NCBI RefSeq assembly: GCF_007845645.1
Contig: NZ_VCQV01000002.1
Span: 111,702-175,701, forward strand
Direction of reading: 5' to 3'
From: Leekyejoonella antrihumi
GTDB taxonomy: Bacteria; Actinomycetota; Actinomycetes; Actinomycetales; Dermatophilaceae
Length of the DNA: 64,000 nt
Shown: in pieces, positions 26,843-36,609 of the stretch
Numbering within the stretch: the stretch's first letter is position 1
How the letters are laid out: each line of letters opens with the position of its first letter
Program-made: the position numbers and the translations under genes
The notes under the pieces: model-generated
Database searches by the model: none
Seen by the model: the letters and a program-made list of their open reading frames with translations, nothing else
What the model was told of the DNA's origin: nothing

Positions 26843-27342
26843 GGATACCACGTCCCGTTCTACGCCGTGCAAAGGCGACCGACCCGTTATGCCGGTCACC
26901 TACACGAGAGCGGGCACCGTCCTGGCCAGTCACCGAGTCGCGGCACGAGCCGACTCGGCGTGACGGTGACTCGCTCCGGATGTCCGCAACCGGTCATGGA
27001 CCACACCGACCGGCCGCGGCGGCCAGCCGTCTCCCGCGTCCCCGAGGAGGCCCACGACAAGTACGCACACCGCGCAGTCGCGTCTCTGTGTCGCAATTTC
27101 AGGTTTACACCCGTTTGCTGAGAGTGGCGAGGGCCGGTCCGAACCAGGCGAGGGGCATCGGGCGTCCGCCGGGACGTGGTGTGCGCCACATGAGGTGACC
27201 CTCGCATGCGCGGCACTTGAGGACATAGGACAATGGACGGGTTCGTTGTGCGTGGGGTGTGCTGGCAGGCCGCACGCAGCACAGATCCGGCTTCTGCCGC
27301 CGGCGAGCGCCAGATGGCGCAGTCTGGAAGGAGACCGCTTCG

Positions 27343-28293
27343 ATGAGCACGCGTGCGTCGTCACCGGCGGGTGGCCGTATCGACGGCACCGACGCGGCGC
27401 TCGCAGCCCGAGCCGACGGTCGCGGGCTGCGTGACACGTTCACGCGGTACTACTCACTGACCAAGCCCGGCGTGCTCTACGGCAACGCGCTGACTGCGGC
27501 GGCCGGCTTCGCGCTGGCCAGCGCCGGTTACTTCCACCTGGGGCGCTTCGTGGCCCTTTGCCTCGGCAGCACCATGGTCATCGCCTCGGCATGCGTGCTC
27601 AACAACGTGCTCGACCGCGACATCGACACGGTCATGGAGCGCACCCGTAAGCGCGCGACCGTCACCGGCAGCGTTCCGCTCCAAGGAGCGGTGGCCTTCT
27701 CGATCGGCCTCGGCGTCATCGGTATGGCGGTGCTCGTGGCCTGGACGAACTGGCTGGTGGTCGCGGTCGGCGTTGCGGGCTTTGCCTGCTACGTGTGGCT
27801 CTACGGGATGCTTTCCAAGCGGATGTCGATCCACGGCACCCTGGTCGGCAGCGTGTCCGGAGCGGCACCGATCTTCGCCGGCTACCTCGCGGTCACCGAC
27901 CGCGTCGATGCCGGCGCGATCATCGCGTTCGCCATCCTCTTCCTGTGGCAGATGCCGGAGTTCTACTCCATCGCGATCTATCGGCGGGACGAGTATGCGC
28001 GCGCCGGCGTCCCCGTCATCTCGGTCGTCAAGGGCATCCCGCACACCATCCGGGAGATCCTCGCCTACACGGTCGCGTTCGTCGTCGCGACTCTGCTGCT
28101 GCCGGTGTTCGGCTACGTCGGCATCGTCTACACGGTGGTCATGGGCGCGCTCGGGATCTACTGGATCTGGATCGGCACGCTCGGCCTGCGCGCGGCCGAT
28201 CCGGGCGCCTGGGCCCGGCGGATGTTCCGCTTCTCGATGGTGATGATCCTGGCGCTGTGCGTCATGGTCGCGGTCGGCCCCGTCCTGCCATAG
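27343..28293 (+). CDS. ctaB: protoheme IX farnesyltransferase (heme O synthase)
   Basis: The UbiA-fold motif NNVLDRDIDTVMERTRKRA matches the CtaB/CyoE family. ~8 TM helices; ~316 aa from the ATG at 27343. Confidence 0.85.
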   Translation: MSTRASSPAGGRIDGTDAALAARADGRGLRDTFTRYYSLTKPGVLYGNALTAAAGFALASAGYFHLGRFVALCLGSTMVIASACVLNNVLDRDIDTVMERTRKRATVTGSVPLQGAVAFSIGLGVIGMAVLVAWTNWLVVAVGVAGFACYVWLYGMLSKRMSIHGTLVGSVSGAAPIFAGYLAVTDRVDAGAIIAFAILFLWQMPEFYSIAIYRRDEYARAGVPVISVVKGIPHTIREILAYTVAFVVATLLLPVFGYVGIVYTVVMGALGIYWIWIGTLGLRAADPGAWARRMFRFSMVMILALCVMVAVGPVLP

Positions 28294-28311
28294 GCGACGG
28301 GGCGGAGGCCG

Positions 28312-28437
28312 CTACTTGCCGGTGACCTTGTCGTGGAAGGTCTGGTCGTCGTGCTTCGCCCGCTTGTCGGCGCGCTTCTCCTTGATGCTCTTGGAGGACT
28401 TCTTGGACATATTGTGCCGTGGCGACTTGTCGCTCAT
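28312..28437 (-). CDS. unannotated 41-aa lysine-rich basic protein
   Basis: Minus-strand ATG (RBS GGAGAGACC) then MSDKSPRHNMSKKSSKSIKEKRADKRAKHDDQTFHDKVTGK. GC3 is ~90% G/C. It is not in the ORF track; the overlapping track ORF 28262-28522 is an Arg-rich alternative frame. Confidence 0.5.
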   Translation of the reverse strand: MSDKSPRHNMSKKSSKSIKEKRADKRAKHDDQTFHDKVTGK

Positions 28438-28593
28438 GGTCTCTCCTGGTGTTAGGAAGCCGTGGTGGCTCCATTCCCCACGGTACGCCAGGATCGGCAG
28501 AGTGCCTGCGAGCGCGGTGCATCGGGGGCAGAATTTGCGGCAGGTGCGTGACCAGAACTCACGTCGGATTTTGCCCCCGAAAGGCCGCAGACC

Positions 28594-29370
28594 ATGTCAG
28601 TGCTCGCCAGTTTTGCCTCAGCTCTTGCCGACGGGTCCGTCGAGGTCATCGACCTGACGAACCGGCTCTCCGCCGACACGCCGACCCTCCGGCTGCCGGA
28701 GCCGTTCGCCAACCTGATCGACTTCAGCCTGGAGGAGGTCAGCGCCTACAACGAACCGGGCCCCTTCTGGAAGCACCACAACATCCACACCGGGGAACAC
28801 ATCGGCACCCACCTCGATGCTCCGGTGCACTGGGTCAGCGGTCGCGACGGCCACGATGTCGCGAGCATTCCGCCCGCCCGGCTGGTCGGGCCGGCGGTGG
28901 TGATCGATGTGTGCGACCAGGTCGCCAAGGACCCGGACTTCCTCATGGACGTATCCCACATCGAGGCGTGGGAGGCGGACCACGGCCGGCTTCCGGCCAA
29001 CGGGTGGCTGCTGATGCGCACCGGGTGGGACCGCTTCGCCGACGACCAGGACGCGTCATTGAACGTGGACGAGCATGGATCGCACACCCCGGGCATCACC
29101 GCCGAGGCCGCGCACTGGCTGGCGACGCAGCGCCCGATCTCCGGCTTCGGGGTCGAGACGGTCGGCATCGACGCGGGCCGCGGCGCCGAGCTGGACCCGC
29201 CCTTTGCGGCTCACTACCACCTGCTCGGGCATGACAAGTACGGCCTCACGTCGTTGCAGAACCTCGCGCTCCTGCCCGCAACCGGTGCGGTGATCGTGGT
29301 GGCTCCGTTGCCGATCGTCGGCGGGACCGGCAGCCCCGCACGCGCGCTCGCGCTCGTCGAGCCCTCGTGA
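28594..29370 (+). CDS. cyclase-family protein (kynurenine-formamidase-like metal hydrolase)
   Basis: HIGTHLDAPVHW metal-binding motif; ~258 aa. Confidence 0.8.
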   Translation: MSVLASFASALADGSVEVIDLTNRLSADTPTLRLPEPFANLIDFSLEEVSAYNEPGPFWKHHNIHTGEHIGTHLDAPVHWVSGRDGHDVASIPPARLVGPAVVIDVCDQVAKDPDFLMDVSHIEAWEADHGRLPANGWLLMRTGWDRFADDQDASLNVDEHGSHTPGITAEAAHWLATQRPISGFGVETVGIDAGRGAELDPPFAAHYHLLGHDKYGLTSLQNLALLPATGAVIVVAPLPIVGGTGSPARALALVEPS

Positions 29371-29380
29371 GTGCCCGGCC

Positions 29381-31030
29381 GTGAACGTTGCCGAGCTCGT
29401 CGGGCGGACGCTGGTGGACGCGGGGATCGACCATGTATTCGGGGTCGTCGGGTCGGGCAACTTCGAGGTCACCGACGCGATGACCCGAGCCGGCGCGACG
29501 TATGTGGCGGCGCGGCACGAGAGCGGCGGCGCCACGATGGCCGATGCCTACGCCCGCATGTCCGGGAGCGTCGCGGCGCTGACGGTGCACCAGGGATGCG
29601 GACTCACCAACGCCATGACCGGGATCACCGAGGCCGCCAAGAGCCGCACGCCGATGGTCGTGCTGGCCGCCGAGGCGACCGCACCCCTGTCGAACTTCTA
29701 CGTCGACCAGCCGGCGCTGGCCCGCTCGGTCGGCGCGGTGCCCCTGCGGGTGGACGATGCGGCGACCGCAGAGTGGACTGCTCGCCAGGCGGTGCAGCTG
29801 GCCCGGAACGATCGGCGGGTCGTGCTGCTCAACCTGCCGCTGGAGGTGCAGACCGCCGAAGCCCCGCAGCCGGAGGCAGCCGGCGCTGCGGCGAGCCCGC
29901 TCTGGGGCGCCGGGGCGGGGTCCCGGATGCTCGACCTACACGACCTACGGCGGCTGACCGATGCGCTGCAGCAAGCCCGGCGCCCGGTCTTCGTCGCCGG
30001 CCGCGGCAGCCGCGGCGCCGGGTGCCGTCAGGCGTTGGAAGCGCTCGCAGACCGGTGCGGCGCACTGCTGGCGACCTCTGCCGTGGCCAAGGGACTCTTC
30101 AACGGCAGCCCGTGGTCGCTGGACGTCTCAGGTGGATTCGCCTCACCGCTGGCCGCGGAGCTCATCTCCGGAGCCGACCTCATCGTCGGCTGGGGTTGTG
30201 CTTTGAACATGTGGACGATGCGACATGGTCGTCTCATCGCGGACGACGCGACGGTCGCCCAGGTCGACCTCGACGCCGACGCCCTCGGCGCCCATCGTGG
30301 CATCACCTTCGGCGTGCTCGGTGACGTGCGCGCCACGGCGCAGGCCGCGCTGCGCGCCCTCGCAGCTGACCCGCTGCCCGGGTACCGCACGCCGCAGATT
30401 CGTCAGGATATCGCGGCGCGGGTCTCCTGGTGCGATGTGCCGTATGCCGATGCCGGCGGCGCCGGGCGCATCGATCCCCGCGCGCTGTGCCTGGCCCTGG
30501 ACAGGATGCTGCCCGATGAGCGCATCATCGGGGTGGACTCGGGTAACTTCATGGGATACCCGAGCATGTACCTGAGGGTGCCCGACGAGTTCGGCTTCTG
30601 CTTCACGCAGGCCTTCCAGTCGATCGGGCTCGGCCTGGCGACCACCATCGGCGCGGCGCTGGCCCGCCCGGACCGGCTGCCGATCGCCGCGCTGGGCGAC
30701 GGGGGGGCGCTGATGTCGGCCGCCGAGCTGGAGACCGTCGCGCGGCTGCGCCTACCGATGGTGGTCGTGATCTTCAACGACCAGGCGTACGGCGCGGAGG
30801 TGCACCACTTCCGGTCGTCCGGTCGGGCTCTGGACAGCGTGACCTTCCCGGACACCGACTTCACCGCGATTGCGAAGGGATACGGTTTCGATGCACTCAC
30901 GGTGAGATGCGTGGAGGACCTTTCCTCGGTCGGCGCGTGGTTGGCCGACCGGTCCAAGCCGCTGCTGATCGACGCGAAGGTTGTCGCGGACGAGCCCTCG
31001 TGGTGGCTCGCTGAAGCCTTCGGTCACTGA
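29381..31030 (+). CDS. thiamine-pyrophosphate-dependent enzyme (acetolactate-synthase/benzoylformate-decarboxylase-like)
   Basis: N-terminal pyrimidine-binding domain (HVFGVVGSGN...HQGCGLTNAMTGI). C-terminal TPP-binding motif GDGGALMSAAELETV...N; GTG start. Confidence 0.8.
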   Translation: MNVAELVGRTLVDAGIDHVFGVVGSGNFEVTDAMTRAGATYVAARHESGGATMADAYARMSGSVAALTVHQGCGLTNAMTGITEAAKSRTPMVVLAAEATAPLSNFYVDQPALARSVGAVPLRVDDAATAEWTARQAVQLARNDRRVVLLNLPLEVQTAEAPQPEAAGAAASPLWGAGAGSRMLDLHDLRRLTDALQQARRPVFVAGRGSRGAGCRQALEALADRCGALLATSAVAKGLFNGSPWSLDVSGGFASPLAAELISGADLIVGWGCALNMWTMRHGRLIADDATVAQVDLDADALGAHRGITFGVLGDVRATAQAALRALAADPLPGYRTPQIRQDIAARVSWCDVPYADAGGAGRIDPRALCLALDRMLPDERIIGVDSGNFMGYPSMYLRVPDEFGFCFTQAFQSIGLGLATTIGAALARPDRLPIAALGDGGALMSAAELETVARLRLPMVVVIFNDQAYGAEVHHFRSSGRALDSVTFPDTDFTAIAKGYGFDALTVRCVEDLSSVGAWLADRSKPLLIDAKVVADEPSWWLAEAFGH

Positions 31031-31109
31031 GTTGGTCCGTTCGATCGACCGTACGGAGTAGATTCTGGAACATGAACGAGTCGGGGGTCGACCCGCGTGG
31101 TGCTTCGCG

Positions 31110-31349
31110 GTGAGCTACGCAGACCTGCTGCCGAACGGGCTCACCGGTCGGCTCACCATCGCGACCCGCGGAGAGGATGGTCCGGGGGAGGCCGAGTTCC
31201 GCATTCGAGGGGGTACGGAGACCTATATCGCGCACTCCATGAGGCCGCTGGTCAAGGGCCAGGAGATCGTCTGTGTCGAGGTCCTCGGACCGCGCACCGT
31301 GCTGGTCGAACCGTGGGGCGAACTACTCGACTCGTTGTTGCGCCTATAA
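31110..31349 (+). CDS. NfeD-like OB-fold domain protein (short form)
   Basis: 79 aa with a beta-strand-rich OB-fold-like C-terminal pattern (EIVCVEVLGPRTVLVEPWGE); immediately upstream of the flotillin gene; GTG start. Confidence 0.5.
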   Translation: MSYADLLPNGLTGRLTIATRGEDGPGEAEFRIRGGTETYIAHSMRPLVKGQEIVCVEVLGPRTVLVEPWGELLDSLLRL

Positions 31350-31408
31350 GGGCGTAGCGTGCTGCGCCTATGAGGGCGCACTGACTGACATCACAAAGGA
31401 GCACAACC

Positions 31409-32593
31409 ATGTTCGGCTATCGGGTTCCGCAAGCGGACCAGGCAATGTTGATCTCCGGGGGCAAGTCATCCGGCACCTCACCCTTCCGCGTCGTTACCGG
31501 GCACGGGGCGTTCATCGTCCCGTTCTTCCGCAAGGCGCAGTTCCTCACCCTGGCGCTGTATGAGGCCGAGGTGGAGGAGCCGTGCGTCACGAAGCAGGGG
31601 ATTCAGCTGTCCGTGCGGGCAGTCATCGCGGCCAAGGTCGGCAACGACTCGGAGTCCATCGTCAACGCCGGTCAGCGCTTCCTGTCCGACCAGGGGCAGA
31701 TGGCGACGCTGACCGGACGCATCTTCGCCGGGCACCTGCGCTCGATCATCGGCTCGATGACGGTGGAGGAGATCATCACCGAACGACAGAAGCTGGCCGG
31801 TGAGGTGCTCGACGGGTCGAAGGGGGAGATGGCCAAGATGGGGCTGATCGTCGACGCCCTGCAGATCCAGAACATCGATGACGGCGGGTTGGGGTACATC
31901 AAGGCGATGGCCGCGCCGCACAACGCCCGCATCCAGCAGGCTGCTCAGATCGCCCAGGCCAGCGCCAACCAGGCGGCGGCGGAGGCGGAGCAGCAGTCTC
32001 GGCGCGCCCAGGCACAGTTCGAGCGGGACACGGCGGTGGCACGCGCGGGCTATGCAGCAGAGACCCAGTCGGCCGAGGCGAAGGCGGCCCAGGCGGGTCC
32101 GCTGGCCGAGGCGCAGTCCCAGCAGGAGGTCATCAACGCCCAGACCGACCTGGCCCAGCGACAGGCTCAGCTGCGTCAGCAGCAACTGGTCGCAGAGGTC
32201 GTCAAGCCGGCGGAGGCGGAGGCGGAGCGCGTGCGCATCCTGGCCAGGGCGGACGCCGAGAAGACCCAGATCCAGGCGGCCGCCGCAGCATCGAGCAACC
32301 GGGTCGCCCTCGACCAGGCGCTCATCGCCCAGCTGCCGCAGATTGTGGAGAAGGCGGCCAACGGGCTCGCGGGCGCCAATGTGACCATGCTGAACGGGTC
32401 CGACGGGCTGTCGGAGGTGGTATCGGGGCTGGCCAGCCAGGGTCTGGCAATCTTCGAGGCGCTGCGCGGTGACGTCGGCTCCGCCAAGAAGACTCAGGAC
32501 TCGACCGGCGAGACCAAGGCGATCGAGACCCGGGACGACCACGCCGACCACGACGACGACGGAAGCAGCAATACTGCCTGGCCGAAGGCCTAG
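31409..32593 (+). CDS. flotillin / SPFH (band-7) domain protein
   Basis: N-terminal SPFH core; long Ala/Gln/Glu-rich coiled-coil region (AEAEQQSRRAQAQFERDTAVARAGYAAETQSAEAKAAQAG...); acidic C-terminus. Confidence 0.85.
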   Translation: MFGYRVPQADQAMLISGGKSSGTSPFRVVTGHGAFIVPFFRKAQFLTLALYEAEVEEPCVTKQGIQLSVRAVIAAKVGNDSESIVNAGQRFLSDQGQMATLTGRIFAGHLRSIIGSMTVEEIITERQKLAGEVLDGSKGEMAKMGLIVDALQIQNIDDGGLGYIKAMAAPHNARIQQAAQIAQASANQAAAEAEQQSRRAQAQFERDTAVARAGYAAETQSAEAKAAQAGPLAEAQSQQEVINAQTDLAQRQAQLRQQQLVAEVVKPAEAEAERVRILARADAEKTQIQAAAAASSNRVALDQALIAQLPQIVEKAANGLAGANVTMLNGSDGLSEVVSGLASQGLAIFEALRGDVGSAKKTQDSTGETKAIETRDDHADHDDDGSSNTAWPKA

Positions 32594-33164
32594 CAGCTGC
32601 GGGCGCGGAGCGGCGTGCCCACCAGGGCAGTGACTCATCGGCCGTTCGACGAGGCCGCCAGAATGGGCGCGTACCGCTCGGCGAACGGACTGGTTGAGAA
32701 CGGCGTGCGCATCGCGCGCCCAGGTACAGGCCGAGGACCTGCACTCCTCGTGGCGCGAGTCCGAAGCGCATGGACTCGGTCGCCCTCGACAGTGCGGCCT
32801 CTCCTCGAGACCACGACGACCGCGCTACGGCAGGCAACCGACGATCATGGCCGAACGGCCGGGTGAAGGCCCGGGCCGAATGCCAACGCCAGGATGTGCA
32901 GACCCTCCAGGACCGCGCCGACACCGCTAAAGACCGTGCTCGGCGCGCGAAGATCGTTGCACTCCCGGCCCAGTTGGCCGAGCTCGAGACCCAAGGTCAA
33001 CCACCTCGCGCCACCGGCGTGGGAAGCAGGCGATCAGTCCGACTTCTAAGGCGATCTGCGAACTCAGGACGGGACCCTATTATGCGCAATGCACTAATGG
33101 CCGGTTCCTATAGGAGGTGCCGGCTCTCGCCTCGCCCTACTCACTGCGCAGGAGCAACATCGTG

Positions 33165-34466
33165 CGAACGCCTCAGATGAGCGTCACCCCGTCGTCACCT
33201 ACGCGAGCGGGCCGCGGCCTGGTGAAGACCCAGTCGAGGCGGCGCGCTGGAACCGCGGCGATCCTTGTCGGTGTGCTGCTCGGCGTTGCTGGCTGCTCAG
33301 CGTCCTCCACCACGCCGCCAGCAGCCTCCCGCACGGGCACAGCCACGATGCGTAAGACGACGGCGGCGCCCGCGTTCGGGCTGGCACCGGATGGTAGACC
33401 GGTCTATGCGCACACCAAGGTCGGCGAGCTCAGCCCGGTGGCGCGCCAGGCCCGCCAACTCGTCTACGTGCCGGACCAGCAGTCCGGCCGGCTGCAGATC
33501 ATCGACCCGTACACCTACAAGGTGATCGCCACCTACCGGGTTGCTGCATCACCCGAGCACGTTGTGCCCAGCCACGACCTGCGCACCCTGTGGGTCAATT
33601 CCGACGTGGGTGATGCACTGACACCGATCAACCCACAGACCGGCAGGCTCGGCACACCGACCCGGGTCGGCTTCCCGTACAACCTCTACTTCACCCCGGA
33701 CGGCCGGCATGCCCTGGTGATGGCGGAGAAGCTGGACCGCATCGATGTGCGCAACCCGACGACAATGGCGCTCCAGCACACCGTGCGGGTGCCGTGCGCC
33801 GGCGTCAACCACGCCGACTATACCGCCGACCTGAACCACTTCCTGGCCTCCTGCGAGTTCAGCGGCAAGCTGCTGGTCATCGACAAGGATGTCACGCGGG
33901 TCGAGCACGTCATCAACCTCAACACCATCAAGACCCCCGGCGCCACATCGGCCCAACAGGCGCACTCGATGGGCGGACCCAAGTCCAGCCTCAAGCCCGG
34001 CGCATCCGCGATGCCGCAGGATGTCCGCCTGACACCGAACGGCAAGTGGTTTCTTGCGGCCGACATGCTACGCAACGGCGTCTGGGTGATCAACGCCAAG
34101 ACGTTCAAGGTCGACCGGTTCATCCACACCGGGTTGGGTGCTCATGGCATCTATCCTTCACGAGATGACACGAAGATCTACGTCAGTAACCGGGACGAGG
34201 GATCCATCTCGGTGCTCGACGCGTCGACCCTTGAACCCGTCGCCAAGTGGCGGATACCTGGCGGCGGCTCTCCGGACATGGGCGGTGTGAGCGCGGACGG
34301 CACTCAACTGTGGCTGTCCGGGCGGTACAACGCGGTCGTCTACGTGTTCGATACGCGCACCGGCAAGCTCACCCACGAGATTCCCGTCGACCCCGGACCG
34401 CACGGACTCCTGGTCTGGCCGCAACCTGGCCGGTACTCCCTCGGGCACACCGGTAACATGCGCTGA
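33165..34466 (+). CDS. YVTN-family beta-propeller repeat lipoprotein
   Basis: Lipoprotein signal AAILVGVLLGVAGCSAS. Repeated YVxN/YVSN motifs (LVYVPDQQSGRLQIID, KIYVSNRDEGSISVLD, VVYVFDTRTGKL). A GTG at 33165 with an upstream RBS is preferred over the ORF-track start. Confidence 0.7.
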   Translation, partial: RTPQMSVTPSSPTRAGRGLVKTQSRRRAGTAAILVGVLLGVAGCSASSTTPPAASRTGTATMRKTTAAPAFGLAPDGRPVYAHTKVGELSPVARQARQLVYVPDQQSGRLQIIDPYTYKVIATYRVAASPEHVVPSHDLRTLWVNSDVGDALTPINPQTGRLGTPTRVGFPYNLYFTPDGRHALVMAEKLDRIDVRNPTTMALQHTVRVPCAGVNHADYTADLNHFLASCEFSGKLLVIDKDVTRVEHVINLNTIKTPGATSAQQAHSMGGPKSSLKPGASAMPQDVRLTPNGKWFLAADMLRNGVWVINAKTFKVDRFIHTGLGAHGIYPSRDDTKIYVSNRDEGSISVLDASTLEPVAKWRIPGGGSPDMGGVSADGTQLWLSGRYNAVVYVFDTRTGKLTHEIPVDPGPHGLLVWPQPGRYSLGHTGNMR

Positions 34467-34513
34467 GTCGATGCGAGGCGATCGCGATGCACGTTCGCCG
34501 AACCTCCCACCGG

Positions 34514-35515
34514 TCAGCGGCGGCCGTGAATCTCCACGATCGTCGACAGATTCTCGGCGTTCTCTCCCCCGAGGAGGTACCCCACACCGCCTACGACTGC
34601 CGTGCCGAAGTCCGATGCCGGGCGCGGCAGGGAGCCGACGCGCCGGAACGTCCCGCGCGCTGGGTCGAATGCCAGCACACTCGTGGTCTCCACAGGGGGC
34701 GACCCGAGCCGCGTCTTGCCCCCCGCGACCAGGATCGTCCCGTCCAGCACCAGTGCCCCGGCATGTCCGAGGGCGATTGGCAGGTGAGCCACGACGGTGG
34801 TCATGCCTGAGGCGAGGTTGATGCGCTGGACGACGTCCGTCAGCGCTCCGCCCCGTTCGCCACCAAAGAGGTAGATCGCGTGGGGCACCGCGACCACAGC
34901 CGGATACCGCACGGGGACAGCGAGCGCGGCGACGTCGGCGAAGTGCTGCCCGTCCGTGGTTCGCAGGACGGTGCCACTCAACGCGCGACCGTCGAACCCA
35001 CCGGCGACGTAGGCCGCGCCACCTGACCCAACCGCTACCAGGTCCGCTCGCGGCGTAGGCAGGTGTCCGACAACTCGACCCGTGCGGCCAGGAGAGACAA
35101 GCTGCACCGTTGAATCCACCGATGCGCCCCCTCCGCCGAAGACGATGTCCTGCCCCCGCAAGACGGCACCACCCGCGTCATGTACGGCATCGACCAGGCT
35201 CCCGTCGGCTGTGACCCGACCGGTGGTCGGATTAACCCGCCAGATCGCAGAGGTGCTGTGCGCACCGGTCGGCGCAAGACCACCGATGCACAACATCGTT
35301 GAGCCGTCCGCGAGCACGACGGGGCGCGACGTTGCCACGGGTAGGCGCATGCCCGAAGCACGGATCGTGAACGACAACGGCGCGACAGGCGCGGCCACGG
35401 GGCTGTGAACCGATGTATGCACAACTGTGCCGGACACTCCTGAGCCGCACGCCGCGACACCCGCGACACCCACACTGGTAGCAACACTCAACAGCACACG
35501 CCGATGGATTCTCAC
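34514..35515 (-). CDS. secreted Kelch-repeat (galactose-oxidase-like beta-propeller) protein
   Basis: Signal peptide VRIHRRVLLSVATSVGVAGVAACGSG from the GTG at 35513-35515. Kelch-like repeats with GG doublets (AAYVAGGFDG, AIYLFGGERG, TILVAGGKTRLG, GYLLGGENAE). Confidence 0.7.
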   Translation of the reverse strand: MRIHRRVLLSVATSVGVAGVAACGSGVSGTVVHTSVHSPVAAPVAPLSFTIRASGMRLPVATSRPVVLADGSTMLCIGGLAPTGAHSTSAIWRVNPTTGRVTADGSLVDAVHDAGGAVLRGQDIVFGGGGASVDSTVQLVSPGRTGRVVGHLPTPRADLVAVGSGGAAYVAGGFDGRALSGTVLRTTDGQHFADVAALAVPVRYPAVVAVPHAIYLFGGERGGALTDVVQRINLASGMTTVVAHLPIALGHAGALVLDGTILVAGGKTRLGSPPVETTSVLAFDPARGTFRRVGSLPRPASDFGTAVVGGVGYLLGGENAENLSTIVEIHGRR

Positions 35516-35767
35516 ATCGGCAACTATGCCCAGACCCGATGAGCAGACGCTCAGGATTGGGTAGATCCCCCACCCCAGCGTCGAGGTCCCCGACCACGCC
35601 GAGGGGAGGATGCGGGGTGGAGTGCGATCGCCACCACTGGCCGGCGCCGTGATTCTGTCGATGCCCGGCACCGTGTACCAAGCGCCGCGCGGGCACACCG
35701 CAAGCCCTTACCCGGCTGGACCGCCGACGGCTGACCTTGGGGTGCTGTGCCCCGGTCACGGGTGGCG

Positions 35768-36600
35768 CTATTGGCATCTCAGGGTTTGCGTGCCAGCAGG
35801 ACAGGCGAACTCGTTGTAGGGGACGAGGTGACCAGCGGGGCGCGGGAACGGAAAGGAGTACGCCCGCTCGGCACGACGATCCAGCCGAACCGCGTGCCGA
35901 CTCAGTGAGGTTCCCCAGATCACAACCCCGTTACCCCGAAACGAACGTCCGGCGGCGACGATCACGCCGACGGGCCGTCTGACCTGCGGCAGCAAAGGTC
36001 TGGCATACGGGACGCCAGGGGCGCCCGGGATCCCGTAAAAGTCACGGCCCCCGATGGCGAGCATCGTGGTCTGATTGTCCGCACGGGCAGCATCTGCGCC
36101 TGCACCAGGTTCGGGTTGTTCGCATCCGGGGTGGTGACCGTCTGCCACCCGTCGGCGTAGTAGGAGGCCGCCCCGTTTCCGGGCAGGTCCAGGATCTGCC
36201 CGACGTGCCCGTTGCTGTCGCTGCCCTGCAACTCCACATTGACCAGGTCGGTCTTAAACGCCATCGTGCTCGCACCGGTTGCCGACACGGTCTGCTTGTT
36301 CAGCTGTTGCCGGGTCCCGTTGTAGGTCATCGCGAACGAGTACGTTCCGGGTGCGATGTCCGTGGTGACCGTCCTGGTGCTGCCGGCGGTGCCCAACCCC
36401 TGCCACCTACCGTCCGCGTAATAGGACACGGTCCCACCGGCCGGCGGGGAGGCCGCGGTGATCACCGACACATCGGCTCGTCGGCCACGTAGGCGGTGTG
36501 GGTGGATCAGTCCACCGCGACCCCGACCGGTTCGCCCCCGATGGGGACGGTGGCGGTGACCGCGTTGGTGGCCGCGTCGATCACCCCCACACTCCGGCTG
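35768..36600 (-). pseudogene. decayed surface-protein gene (YVTN repeat plus repeated beta-sandwich domains) in three frames
   Basis: The 36600-36480 frame gives the YVTN-repeat fragment VGVIDAATNAVTATVPIGGEPVGVAVD*. The next frame (35962-36471) carries two ~80-aa repeats with SYYADGWQ...TYSF...YNG. A third frame carries a C-terminal fragment (35768-36148). No start or signal peptide. Confidence 0.35.
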
Positions 36601-36609
36601 GCCGAAGGG

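Noticed and set aside
31478-32638. 386-aa minus ORF
   Set aside because: Antisense to the flotillin gene; Arg/Leu/Gly-rich.
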